This document shows positions 40,901 to 52,542 of a stretch of 64,000 bases of DNA, piece after piece. The notes beneath the pieces were generated by a model that had not been told where the DNA came from, did not search any database, and saw only the letters and a list, made by a program, of their open reading frames with translations. The DNA comes from Octopus sinensis (Eukaryota): the NCBI RefSeq assembly GCF_006345805.1, contig NC_043003.1:33604001-33668000 (forward strand), given 5' to 3'. A program made the position numbers and the translations under genes. The stretch's first letter is position 1, and every line of letters begins with the position of its first letter.

Positions 40901-41147
40901 ACACTTACAAGAAGTTTATTTTTTAGAAGAATGCATATATAAGATGCATACATGTGCATATCATGTATATAATCACACTTATATTCTCAATAAGTGCTTG
41001 CAGTTCAGTACAGACACTACGCGTATGCGTGCACATTTGTATCAAATGTTCTTTTTTTTCGAAAACAAAATATATGCGCTTACAAATTGACCGCATCTCT
41101 ACACATACAATAATCAAACATACATTATGTTCAGTTTTGCATTTATG

Positions 41148-41420
41148 AGATGAGGAATTATGTACATTATTTACATTATTTACATTTGACAGATATTTGT
41201 CCTTATCTTGTTTGTTGTTAACACAGCATTTCCGCTGATGTACTCTACAGCATTCACCACCCGATAATATTAACATAGGAAAAATACCTTAGGAATGAGA
41301 ACCCACGTTCAAAATACCCCCAGGGCACCTGATGAAGGATGGAGAGTACATCAGCCGAAACGGTGCGTTAAAAACAAACAAGATGAGGACAAATAGCCGT
41401 CAAATGTAAATAACATAAAT
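41148..41420. mobile_element. Fold-back PLE-like terminus (arms ~41176-41259 / 41330-41413) with decayed HHR at 41324-41369(+)
   Basis: ttatttacatttgacagatatttgtcc..tcacca versus tgatga..ggacaaatagccgtcaaatgtaaataa. Motif: ggcac-CTGATGA-a-ggatg..cagcc-GAAAC-GGT-gcgtt. Confidence 0.7.
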
Positions 41421-41688
41421 AGTGTATACGTTATGTTCGTCGATATGCACAAATACATATTCATGTCGTTGTGATGGTGATGGTAATATTGGACATATTT
41501 TCTCCATTCGTCTCCATGATCGACATTGAATTGTTCGATCAGGCTTCACACTTACTCATGAATTTCATATACAAGAAACTGAATATTGCGTTAGCATGAA
41601 TGTTCTTAATTCAGTTGTAACGAAATTCGGCAAGGCTGTACTTCAGAATTATATACACAATGTAGAGATACAAACCAGGGAGAGAGAG

Positions 41689-41736
<48 letters not shown>

Positions 41737-41958
41737 TACAGGTGAGGGAAAATAGGTGAACGAGAAAGATGTTCTCCACAGGGTTTGAACTAGGAGAGGA
41801 AATAAAAGGTAAAGGATCTGCAAATTATAAAGAATAATAATATCCGACGCACTAAATTTAACGACACTACCGATTCAAAGTTTATATGTATGAAGACGTG
41901 CACATTCATAAATATGCATGTATACATGCACACATACATACATACATACATACATACA

Positions 41959-41992
<34 letters not shown>

Positions 41993-41994
<2 letters not shown>

Positions 41995-42635
41995 TACAGA
42001 TAAAGGGTGAAATATAATTAATTTAATAAAATCAACAAATTTCAGCAAGTAGTTTTTCGGTATGGAAAAGGACCATATTCGGTAAAATTATATATAATTA
42101 TAACAATGAGTGTTTTTGCAACAGGTTGCTAGACCACATACCGAAAGTATTAGAAATAGCAGCCAGAAGACTGTTATATCTTTTACTACAAAAATATGTC
42201 CCACAGACAACAGTATTTGTAACTCACTATGGCAAAAAAAAACGAAGAAAAACAACGAAATCAAACAGTGTCCGGTCAATTATGGACGCATACGTTTCTG
42301 GATTAGAATCAGGGATTCATTTCCTTCATCAGCATAATATTCCGATAAATAAATCTAGAAATGCTAGGAAATCTTGCCACCATATTCCGAACAGGCGACA
42401 TCGGACATACAGAAGCTGATCAGCATATCCACATTTATATAGACAAGTGAATTCGTATCTCCCTCCAGAATTTCTCCCTCGTGAATCACAAATAATACTG
42501 CCGAAAATTAATTCGTAGTTCCGTCGTAGGGGAGTAAAATAATCAATACAGATAAAGGGTGAAATATAATTAATTTAATAAAATCAACAAATTTCACCAA
42601 GTAGTTTTTTGGTATGGAAAAGGACCATATTCGGT

Positions 42636-42648
<13 letters not shown>
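41993..42648 (-). mobile_element. 552-bp unit plus ~100-bp terminal direct repeat, carrying an HHR (retrozyme-like or PLE pseudo-LTR)
   Basis: atacagataaagggtg...cggtaaaattatatata occurs at ~41994-42095 and ~42546-42647 with 2 mismatches seen; flanked by microsatellites. Confidence 0.8.
42279..42338 (-). ncRNA. Type I hammerhead ribozyme, canonical core
   Basis: Minus strand: attatg-CTGATGA-agga aat gaatc cct gattc taa tcca-GAAAC-gtatgc-GTC-cataat. Stem I is 6 bp, stem II gga/tcc plus gaatc/gattc, stem III ac-g-tatg-c-gt (near-palindrome), GUC cleavage triplet. Confidence 0.8.
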
Positions 42649-42678
<30 letters not shown>

Positions 42679-42900
42679 TCAATATAAGGGTAGCAAAAAA
42701 TTCAATAGGAATTTTTTTCGCCACCAGCGGTCTAGTGAGAAAGAGTAAATAGTTACAGACTATATATATATAATTTCAACAATATTAAGGAATGGCCCTG
42801 ATAGGCCATTCGACTCACCAGAAAGAGCAGCCAAACTCAAACCGCTAAATAGTAGTAATTCAGAAATCAAAGGAAAATTAAAAAACATTTACCCTAATCA

Positions 42901-43003
42901 TCTTTGGACAATGCATTGTTTCGACGTACTTTATGGCAAACCAGCCTAATTAAATTAAATTTAATCAAGTTAATTTACCAATGGCTCGTCTCATCGGCAA
43001 AGA
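42901..43003 (-). ncRNA. Type I hammerhead ribozyme, variant core CCGAUGA
   Basis: Minus strand: tctttg-CCGATGA-gacg-[60-nt insert]-cgtc-GAAAC-aatgcatt-GTC-caaaga. Stem I is 6 bp; stem III is the perfect palindrome acaatgcattgt. Confidence 0.7.
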
Positions 43004-43385
43004 AGCCAGGAGGAATAAACATTCCACGAGGCAGCAGCTTCGATGCCTCGGGAATGTATACTCTAAATTTTCAGAATCTACCGTAATCGCGCCAACTTAT
43101 CAGCAGCAAATATAAAGTGATGATTTAATTTCAGAATTAGTCAAAAAATCATTAATTAATCAATATAAGGGTAGCAAAAAATTCAATAGAAATTTTTTTC
43201 GCCACCAGCGGTCTAGTGAGAGAGAGAAAATAGTTACAGACTATATATATATATATAATTTCAACAATATTAAGGAATGGCCCTGATAGCCCATTCGACT
43301 CACCAGAAAGAGCTGCCAAACTCAAACCGCTAAATAGTAGTAATTCAGAAATCAAAGGAAAATTAAAAAACATTCACCCTAATCA

Positions 43386-43493
43386 TCTTTGGACAATGCA
43401 TTGTTTCGACGTACTTTATGGCAAACCAGCCTAATTAAATTAAATTTAATTTAATCAAGTTAATTTACCAATGGCTCGTCTCATCGACAAAGA
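43386..43493 (-). ncRNA. Second copy of the hammerhead motif, core UCGAUGA
   Basis: Same stems as 42901-43003; GUC sites are 485 nt apart. Confidence 0.6.
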
Positions 43494-44918
43494 AGCCAGG
43501 AGGAATAAACATTCCACGAGGCAGCAGCTTCGATGCCTCGGGAATGTATACTCTAAAGTACGTCGAAACAATGCATTGTCCAATGCATTAGGGTAAATGT
43601 TTTTTTTAATTTTCCTTTGATTTCTGAATTACTGCTATTTAGCGGTTTGAGTTTGGCTGCTCTTTCTGGTGAGTCGAATGGCCTATCAGGGCCATTCCTT
43701 AATATTGTTGAAATTATATATATATATATAATAGATACGTTAACGAATATGTGTGTGTTTGTGTACGTGTCAGCTTGCGTGAGTATGTGTGCGCAGGTAA
43801 TTTCAGAAGCTTGAACTACACATGTTTAGAAGCATATAGATCAGAGAAACAAAAATATAGAGGCAGATGCAAACCCACATATTCCAGCATAGAGGAATTG
43901 ATGTAGTTTAGTATAAAAACATGCGTTGCTAATTTTTACCTCAAGAGTCATATCGCAACAATGTCGATGAAATAAAACAGTGGACGTTCGCTTTAACAGA
44001 CTATAGCATTGAATGCATTGTTCCAACATAGCCCAGATTATAATAAATGAATCCAGTCACAGAACGAAGAAACAACACATACAAATACAATAAATAAATA
44101 TATAGTGGTTGCTACAAGCTATTAAAAACAGTAGCTAAATGCTACCGCCTGAACTGCTTATGAGTACATGAAAAAATGCATATTGGATAATGCAGTCTGT
44201 GATATACTACCTCGGGGAAAAGATAAAAAAAGGAAACAAAAAAAAAATTAACCAAAATTAAGAAGTGTATTGCACTGCCTTAAGTGGCTTTGATCATGCC
44301 CGATTTGTGGCTAAACTACAGTAATAAAATAGCAACGGCTTTAACAATATGAACAACAACAACACTCATAGATATTTTGTTTAGGCTTTTGGTTTTATAT
44401 CATTACTTTTCTCTTTCGTTTCTTACTCTCTATGTCGTGTTTTGTTTGTTTGTTTGTTTTTCTATTACAAATCTCTATTTTCATTTGTATCCTCTTAATT
44501 ATAACATTTTCACATTTCATAAATTCCTTCGTAATCTCCTTCTGTTCCGCTTTATTTCCTCCTCTCTTTCCCTCTCCTTCTCACTCTCTTTCAGTTTTGC
44601 CTTCCTCTCTGCCTCTTGTTAAACTATCTTTATTTTTACAGACACTTATTCTTGTTCTTACTCAACATATTCCTTCCATTCTATCATTCTCTTTTTCCTT
44701 ACCTACTGCTTCGTTTCACTCTCTTCTCATCTGCCCATTCATTCTCCATCGCAGTCTTCCCCACTCTCTTTCTCTCTATCTCTCATTCTCTCTCTATCTC
44801 TCACTCTCTCTCATATCATAGTAAATGTTTTATTAAAATTATTATTTTACGTTCACTTCTTTCAATTTTTCTTACCTAGCACCGCTTTTTACTACAACCT
44901 TCATTATAAATCTCACTA

Positions 44919-45490
44919 AGGCGGCGAGCTGGCAGAATCGTTAGCACGCCGGGCGAAATGCTTAGCGGTTTTTTGTCTGCCGCTACGTTTTGAGTTCAAA
45001 TTCCGCCGAGGTCGACTTGGCCTTTCATCCTTTCGGGGTCGATTAAGTAAGTGCCAGTTACGCACTACGGTCGATATAATCGACTTAATCCGTTTGTCTG
45101 TCCTTGTTTGTCCCCTCTGTCTTTAGCTTCTTGTGGGTAATAAAGAAATTGGTATTTTGTCTGCCGCTACGTTTTGAGTTCAAATTCCGCCGAGGTCGAC
45201 TTTGCCTTTCATCCTTTCGGGGTCGATTAAATAAGTACCAGTTACGCACTGGAGTCGATATAATCGACTTAATACATTTGTCTGTCCTTGTTTGTCCTCT
45301 ATGTGTTTAGCCCCTTGTGGGTAGTAAAGAAATATGTATTTCGTCTGGGGAACACTCTGAATTCAAATTCCGCCGAAATTGCCTTTCATAATTTCTGGTC
45401 GATAAATTAGGTACCAGTGAAACACTAGGATCGATGTAATCGACCAGTCCCTTCCCCCAAATTTCAGGCCTTGTGCCTATAACAGAAAGG
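44919..45490 (+). mobile_element. SINE family A composite: head, two young bodies and one old-type body
   Basis: Bodies restart at gtattt(t/c)gtctg (~45152, ~45337). The last body ends in a different tail, cccccaaatttcaggccttgtgcctataacagaaagg. TSD attataaatctcacta (44903-44918) / attataaatcttacta (45491-45506). Confidence 0.9.
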
Positions 45491-45773
45491 ATTATAAATC
45501 TTACTATCCCACTTTCTTATCCATCCTTTTTGTTTACATCTCTTCTCTCCCTCTCTCTAATGCATCTCTTCATTTTAATTTCCATTACACCTTTCATTTA
45601 CTATATCTATTTACCTCTAGTCTACGGACACCTATATCGCCATCTTTTACTTTAGCCCTCATTTGCCACTCAGCAAACAATTTTTCACTAATCTCATTCT
45701 AAACTTTTCTGTCAATTTTCCTACTTTGTCACCCTACTTATTACTTGCCTTTATCTATCTCCCAAATCACTAG

Positions 45774-45774
<1 letters not shown>

Positions 45775-45848
<74 letters not shown>

Positions 45849-45865
45849 GTCTATCTATCTATCTA

Positions 45866-45897
<32 letters not shown>
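45775..45897. repeat. (TCTA)n/(TCTG)n microsatellite (similar tracts near 23750, 27910, 29810, 32370, 37865, 57710)
   Basis: Seen directly. Confidence 0.95.
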
Positions 45898-45898
<1 letters not shown>

Positions 45899-45927
45899 TT
45901 ATATGCGTATAAATATGTGTGTGTGTA

Positions 45928-45987
<60 letters not shown>

Positions 45988-45990
<3 letters not shown>

Positions 45991-46108
45991 GATAAGTCAC
46001 AAAAAACAAGGACAGGTGGTGTAGACAACAAATAGATGTATTAGTATAACGCTCGGGAAGTGAAAAAGTCTTGAACGTTTCGAGCCTACGCTCTTCCACT
46101 GCAAGGAC
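45988..46108 (-). mobile_element. Repeat family P1 copy, beginning just upstream of its HHR-like motif (46070-46105)
   Basis: Minus strand: cttg-CAGTGGA-a-gagc-gtag-gctc-GAAAC-GTT-caag, then actttttcacttcccgagcgttatactaatacatc; between microsatellites. Confidence 0.6.
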
Positions 46109-46139
46109 TCTCTCTCTCTCTCACTATATATTTATATAT

Positions 46140-46175
<36 letters not shown>

Positions 46176-46844
46176 AGCGTGTGTGTGTGTATATATATGT
46201 GTGTGTGTGTATGTATGTATGTGTGTATGTGTGTGTGTGCATGTGTGTATTTGATTTTTAATCTCATGTACACATACAGCCGTTATCATACGCGCACACA
46301 TATGAATTCATATTCCCACATAGGCATACATTCTATCTTGAAAGCCCTCGCTCTCTTCTCTATATGTCGTTTCGTTTCTTATTTATCTATATTTTGTTAA
46401 TTTTGCTTAGACACTCCACCATAGCATTTCGCATTCATCAAATTCTCCCCTGCGCTTTCTCTAACTTGGCACCTTCTCTAACATTCTTCTTGTTCGTCTT
46501 TCCCTGCACCATTCTGTATTGAACTCAGCTGTATTTTACCTCCTGTTCAGCTCAGTAAAATTTTTATTGATACAATTCTAGTTAATTCGTTGACCACTTT
46601 TTTTCTCCGATTCATTTCTTACTTCCTTTTTGCTACACTCCACTTTTTGATATTGCTCCGCATACGCATTAACTTTCACCAAGTAAGTCACTCTCTCTAC
46701 GAGCACTTACACACACAAATACATAGATACATACATACATATATACTTATCTTTGTCAGTGTGTCTGTCTGTCTCTCTGTCTGTTTCTGTCTCTCTGTCT
46801 CTCTGTCTCTCTGTCTCTCTCTCTCTGTATATATATATATATAA

Positions 46845-46878
<34 letters not shown>

Positions 46879-47042
46879 CAATCATATCTATCTATTCTAC
46901 CTATCTCGATCTCTCTGCATATATATATAAAACATATACACATACAGCCCCCCACATATATGTATATATATATGTATATATACATATATATATATGTATA
47001 TACATAAATATATACATATATGTATGTATGCATCTATCTATC

Positions 47043-47077
<35 letters not shown>

Positions 47078-47724
47078 TTGAAACACACGCACTCACCTCT
47101 TACGCTCTCTCCACTCCGGACTCTCAAAACACACACTCACTCTTTCTTTCTACGATTTGTTATTACTTGTTGCAATAATTTTCTTTGTTTGCCCAAAGAC
47201 ATAACTGAATTTTTACACTGCAGGGAGCGAAATCTTCTTCAAATCTCAGAAGTGAAATCTAGAGATGAATACAAGCGTTAATAGAGATGTTCCTTGTTGC
47301 AGAACAAGAGGCTCGAAATAGTGTACATGTGGAAGTAACTGTCTGTCCTTCTCTTACTCAAATACATTATGAATGCTTGTCTCATTTCTTTTCTATTTTT
47401 TATTTATTTATCCCACCATCTTTCAATCCACGCTCTCTACTAGGCTATATATATTTTATTGCTTTCTATCCAACCGTTCTTTTTCGGGCTCTCTTTCTCT
47501 CTCATAAACTGTCTTTCTACATATTTCACTACACCGATATACTAATACGCACACACAAATACACAATAAAACACATACACTCACACACACACGTACGCAC
47601 ACAAACCCACAGACATGTGTGTGTGTGAGTGTGTACGCAGGCACCAACACCCTATATATGTATGTATGTATATATATATGTATATACATAAATATATACA
47701 TATATGTATGTATGCATCTATCTA

Positions 47725-47764
<40 letters not shown>

Positions 47765-48654
47765 AGAGAGATAGAGACAGAGACAGAGATGGAGGTAGAT
47801 TGATAGATGGATAGATAGACAAATAGGTAGATAGATAGATAGCATTTCATATGTTCAAAATTTGCATATCATTTCTTCGTAAATATGTACTGGCTTCACA
47901 AGACTTTGTTTACCTTTACATCGATGGTTTTGCTGATATTTGAGAGAACGAATTTGTTTTCATGGTCGCACTTAATAAGTAACTCTGATTTTATATTCAT
48001 CTGGTGAAGAAGTATTATAAATCCGAGACGGGGTTGATCTTTGTGATGACGCAAAGTAGAGAAAAGGTTTATGTAGATTAGTGCGGCCATTGTGTAGAAA
48101 TCAGTATCTTGTCCAACAAGTGATGTTCCACATATCAATTCTACAAAACATTCATTATCTTTACTACAGTAATTCTTTAATAGATTGATTTTATTTTGAT
48201 ATGCAAATTAGAGCATGCGGCTGTGTGTATATGTGTGTGTTTGTGTATGTGTGAGTGTGTGTGAATGAATGTGCGCATGTGTGCGTGCGTGTACGTCTAT
48301 AATATATATAATATACATGTATATATGCATGTATGTTTGCATGTATATACATGCGTGTAGGTGTGTGTCTGTCTTTGTGTATGTGACTGTATGTGACTGT
48401 ATGTGGCTGTATGACCAAATATGTAAATGGCCGAAATAATTTTTAAGCAAAACGTAAGAGAAATAGAGCAACACGCCCACAAACAGATAGAATGTAATAC
48501 AGACGGCTTTATGGTGAGGGGATACCATAACAGATTAAATAAATTAATCGATAATTGCATGAATGCACACACATATATATATATACACACATACATGCAT
48601 ACACATAAATTTCGTGCATCCGTCGATATATACATATACAAATATATATGTGTG

Positions 48655-49026
<372 letters not shown>

Positions 49027-50659
49027 AATACGCACAAAGAATCAAAGGGAATTATTTCAATATTGAAAAAGAGACCGAAAATAGTAAACGAAATAAGAGA
49101 TTTAATGCAGTAAGAAATATTTCACTTGAAATATTTTGTGTTTTTGATTCTAATTCCAAGCTATCTGAGCAACTGGTATTTTTAAAGAATTGTTCTATGT
49201 AAGACAAAGCAATTAACCGTCAAGTAGTAAAACGGACAGGGAGATAGGAGATAGGCAGACAAACACACCAGGCATACAAAAATATGTAGTTTATGAAGTT
49301 AGATTAACGGAATTGCAGCTGCTTTGAGTCACCGTTTGAAATATTTTTATATTTTACTGCAGTGAGCATACTCGCAATTTTTATTTTCAGAGCATTTGAG
49401 CCAGTTTCATTGTATGTGTGTATGTATGTATGTACGTACGTGTGTGCGCATGTGTCTGTGTGTGTGTGTTCGTGTTCGGGGGAGTGAATTAATTTGTAAT
49501 GGACTGCAAAAGTGTAGGGCATACAAAATTGATGATAGGTATACCGTTTTTGATTTCAAATGTCGAGAGACAAACTGAGTTGTTAGGAGAGGGGACCACA
49601 GAGAGGAAAGCCATGATCGACACTGTGAGGACATACATACACACATATACATGCACAAATCTTTGGGCTATATGAATGGTGACTGAAAGGTATCTAGCGT
49701 TTTGTGAACAATAATCTTCCTATTATTCATTCACTGGCTTCTAGCATTGAACAGATTTTATATCCTACTTGTTTAATATACTCCCCTACTGTTTCTGTCT
49801 AACTGTATTTCACTCACAAAGCATTGTTCAGCTTCAAGCTATTGTTAAAGATGCATTTCTACTGTGCCATCCAGAGGGACAGAAGATGAAACCATGCGTT
49901 CGCTAAGTGAACATACTCCTTCAGATATTCCTACGATAGATGAGATTTTTTTGAATGCTTTTGTACAACTGTGACCATGTCATTTAACGTACATTTAATG
50001 TGTCACAAATATGAAACAGTGAGTTGATAAACTTGACTAAGATTGTTTATGTATTTAGTAGATAATCGGCTAACTGAAAATTCTGGAAAATATAGACAGT
50101 ATAGATGATAGTAGCTCTTTTTCATAAAGCCAGCTGTTAAAAGTAATGGATATCTTTCGGTCTTATTAAACTTCCTCAGGAAAACATTTCCTACTATGTT
50201 GGTAAAATGTCGAAGTGTATAGCGCATATAAAGTTAGAGGAAGTGTAAAAATGATAATTATAAATGTTTATGCGGTGAAGTTTGAGATTAATTGACACGA
50301 CGTTTTTCTCTGAATAGAAGAAAAATATTTTAACTACCGAACAGCTCTTGCCCTAGCTGTTTCAAATAGATTTTAATGGATCCAAAGAATGAGCAGAGAG
50401 AAAATGAATGAATGTTAAATGAATGATGAACCAGATAAGCGACGATGGTGGGACGAGGTGACAAAAGAACTTATATGTTTTTCCACTTAGTTATTGTAAT
50501 GCGCACCTAAATCTCTTTCAAATCACATTTTGCATTATTGAATAGTCTCTGATCATAGGATACCCCAGTCGGTGACTGCTTGAGGTATCGACGATAATAA
50601 TCTAAATGTGTCACGAACCACACCCTTCCTACAGCAAAAAATGAAAAATATTTTAAAGC

Positions 50660-51323
50660 CAGGGTCGCAATCACCGAGCGGCTGATCAGTACAGCGTGGC
50701 CAATCATTTAGAACCGAGTGGTACAGAAACAATAAATTTCTATTGTACAACTTATCGCTTGAGAGAAAGAGAAAAACGGTGGCAGATAGATATATAAATA
50801 CATACATATTATGTTATATAGCAATATAGTAGTAGTAGTAGTAGTAGTAGTAGTGGCAGCAGCAGTAGTAGTAGTAGTGTTAAGAGGAGGGAGAGGAAGA
50901 GTTACGTATCTCTTGCTTCAAGAATGGAGATTATTCTGTTTTTTTACTCTAGACACAAGACCCGAAATTTTTGGAGAGTGGGGCCAGTCGATTATATTAA
51001 CCCCAGTACGCAACTGGTACTTAATTTATCGACCCCCGAAAAGATGAAAGGCAAAGTTGACCTCGGTGGAATTTGAACTCAGAACGTAAAGACAGACGAA
51101 ATAACTCTAAGCATTTCGTGTGGCGTTCTAACGATTCTGCCAGCTCGCCGCCTTAAGAATGGGGATTATTACAAGAGGTATGAAGAAGAAAGTCGAGTGT
51201 ATTAAATGGTTCTGTGAAGAGACGTTCACTATCGTGTTTTGTGATGCGCGTGATCCACAAGTCCGTCGAAAATTTGTCCTGCACAAAACCGGTACGCGGT
51301 GCGAAAAAGATTGAAGACTATTG
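50660..51323 (+). mobile_element. Possible old hAT-Charlie (MER1-like) MITE interrupted by microsatellite and a SINE
   Basis: 5' cagggtcgcaatcaccgagcggctgatcagtac.. and 3' gtccgtcgaaaatttgtcctgcacaaaaccggtacgcggtgcgaaaaagattgaagactattg resemble MER1-type ends as I recall them; no TSD recovered. Confidence 0.4.
50936..51154 (-). mobile_element. SINE family A (old tail variant), full length
   Basis: Ends in ctgccagctcgccgcctt; 16-bp TSD aagaatggagattatt (50920-50935) / aagaatggggattatt (51155-51170). Confidence 0.9.
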
Positions 51324-52394
51324 GTATGTAGGATTTAGTTCGTGATATAACATGACTAAAGGGAAAATAGCATGGTTGGTGTAATTCTACAATATGTCTG
51401 CAGGATGAAGGCTAACCGGAAGCGACATATCAACAGCACTTCATTAGACAGCAACCTTCATTAGATTTTGTACTTTACCAGTCAGCTCTAAACAAGCTTT
51501 TATTTCTCTTTGTCATAGTAAACATGACTTGTTTAGTGTGTTTTTCTTAAACTATTTCAATATAAACAAACTTAACAACATTCCAGATCAAACGATGACA
51601 GAAATATTTTTAAAGCATTTACTTCATATGTAATAATTAATTATATAGCAAATTGTAATGGAAAATATGTTTTTTTTACGTCGTCACACATTTAAATATT
51701 CGAATATGTCAGAAAGTATTCGAATATGTCAGAAATTTGTGAAGAGTATATTCGAATATTAATTAAAGCTGACTGAAAACTACTCTTCGACTACACTGCT
51801 GTGTGTATCAATCAAATCTTCTCAAGACAGTAAAGCTACTGAATTTTACTATCGCTCGTGATTTTTCTGCCGATCATACATAACATAAACTGCATACACG
51901 AGCCAACGAGAATATCATTGCGTTGTGGTTGGACCTGTGAGATATAGAAGGGGAAAGACAGAGTGGAAAATGTAGTCGCTGATTTACAAACACATAGATG
52001 TTCAAGGCTGCTTGAAACACTGTTGTTATCATTGATAACGATAGCAACATGCAGCAAAGAAGTTAACAACAATTATATCAGCAAAAAAAAAAAAAATAAT
52101 AATAATAATTTTAAATGTTCCCAACCACTTCGTGACAAAATAGTTTAATTGGAACTATTGACGATTTTCTGCGTTATGAGATACGTTCACTAGGTAGAAA
52201 CTTGCTAGACAAAACTAGACAGTATACTTCCTATACTCTCAGACAGGGCTGGCCTTAGGAGGTGCAGGGCCCCATTGGGAATAATTTTGTTGGGCCCCAG
52301 GTTCTCAGTCAGCTTGCACCAAGTCTATAGAATCATAAAAATACAAAAATGTCTATTATGCCGTACCACGACAAACCAGACGAGTGCCAGACAT

Positions 52395-52482
52395 AGCCCC
52401 TGGCTTGTTGGCACTTGTCAAACCGTCCAACCCATGCCAGCATGGTAAACGGACGTTAAATGATGGTGATGATGATGATGAT
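52395..52482 (+). mobile_element. 3' tail of a retroposon with (GAT)n tail
   Basis: tgtcaaaccgtccaacccatgccagcatggtaaacggacgttaaatgatggtgatgat forms a nested hairpin (cgtcc, ccatg/catgg, ggacg) before the simple-repeat tail. Confidence 0.6.
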
Positions 52483-52510
52483 ATGCATATATATATTCAT
52501 ACAAGTATTA

Positions 52511-52542
<32 letters not shown>

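Larger units (their letters stand above)
42674..43730 (-). mobile_element. ~481-bp unit x1.8 in tandem plus inverted partial copy (43554-43730); each unit has an HHR
   Basis: Unit 1 is 42674-43154 and unit 2 is 43155-43557, near-identical. Inversion joined via taaa microhomology; both ends in (TA)n. Confidence 0.85.

Noticed and set aside
47210-47340. Possible small exon(s) after ctgcag / ttgcag
   Set aside because: Weak donor, an in-frame stop in one reading, and no recognisable peptide.
52245-52300. cagggctggccttagg as a hAT 5' terminus
   Set aside because: No matching right TIR or TSD found nearby.
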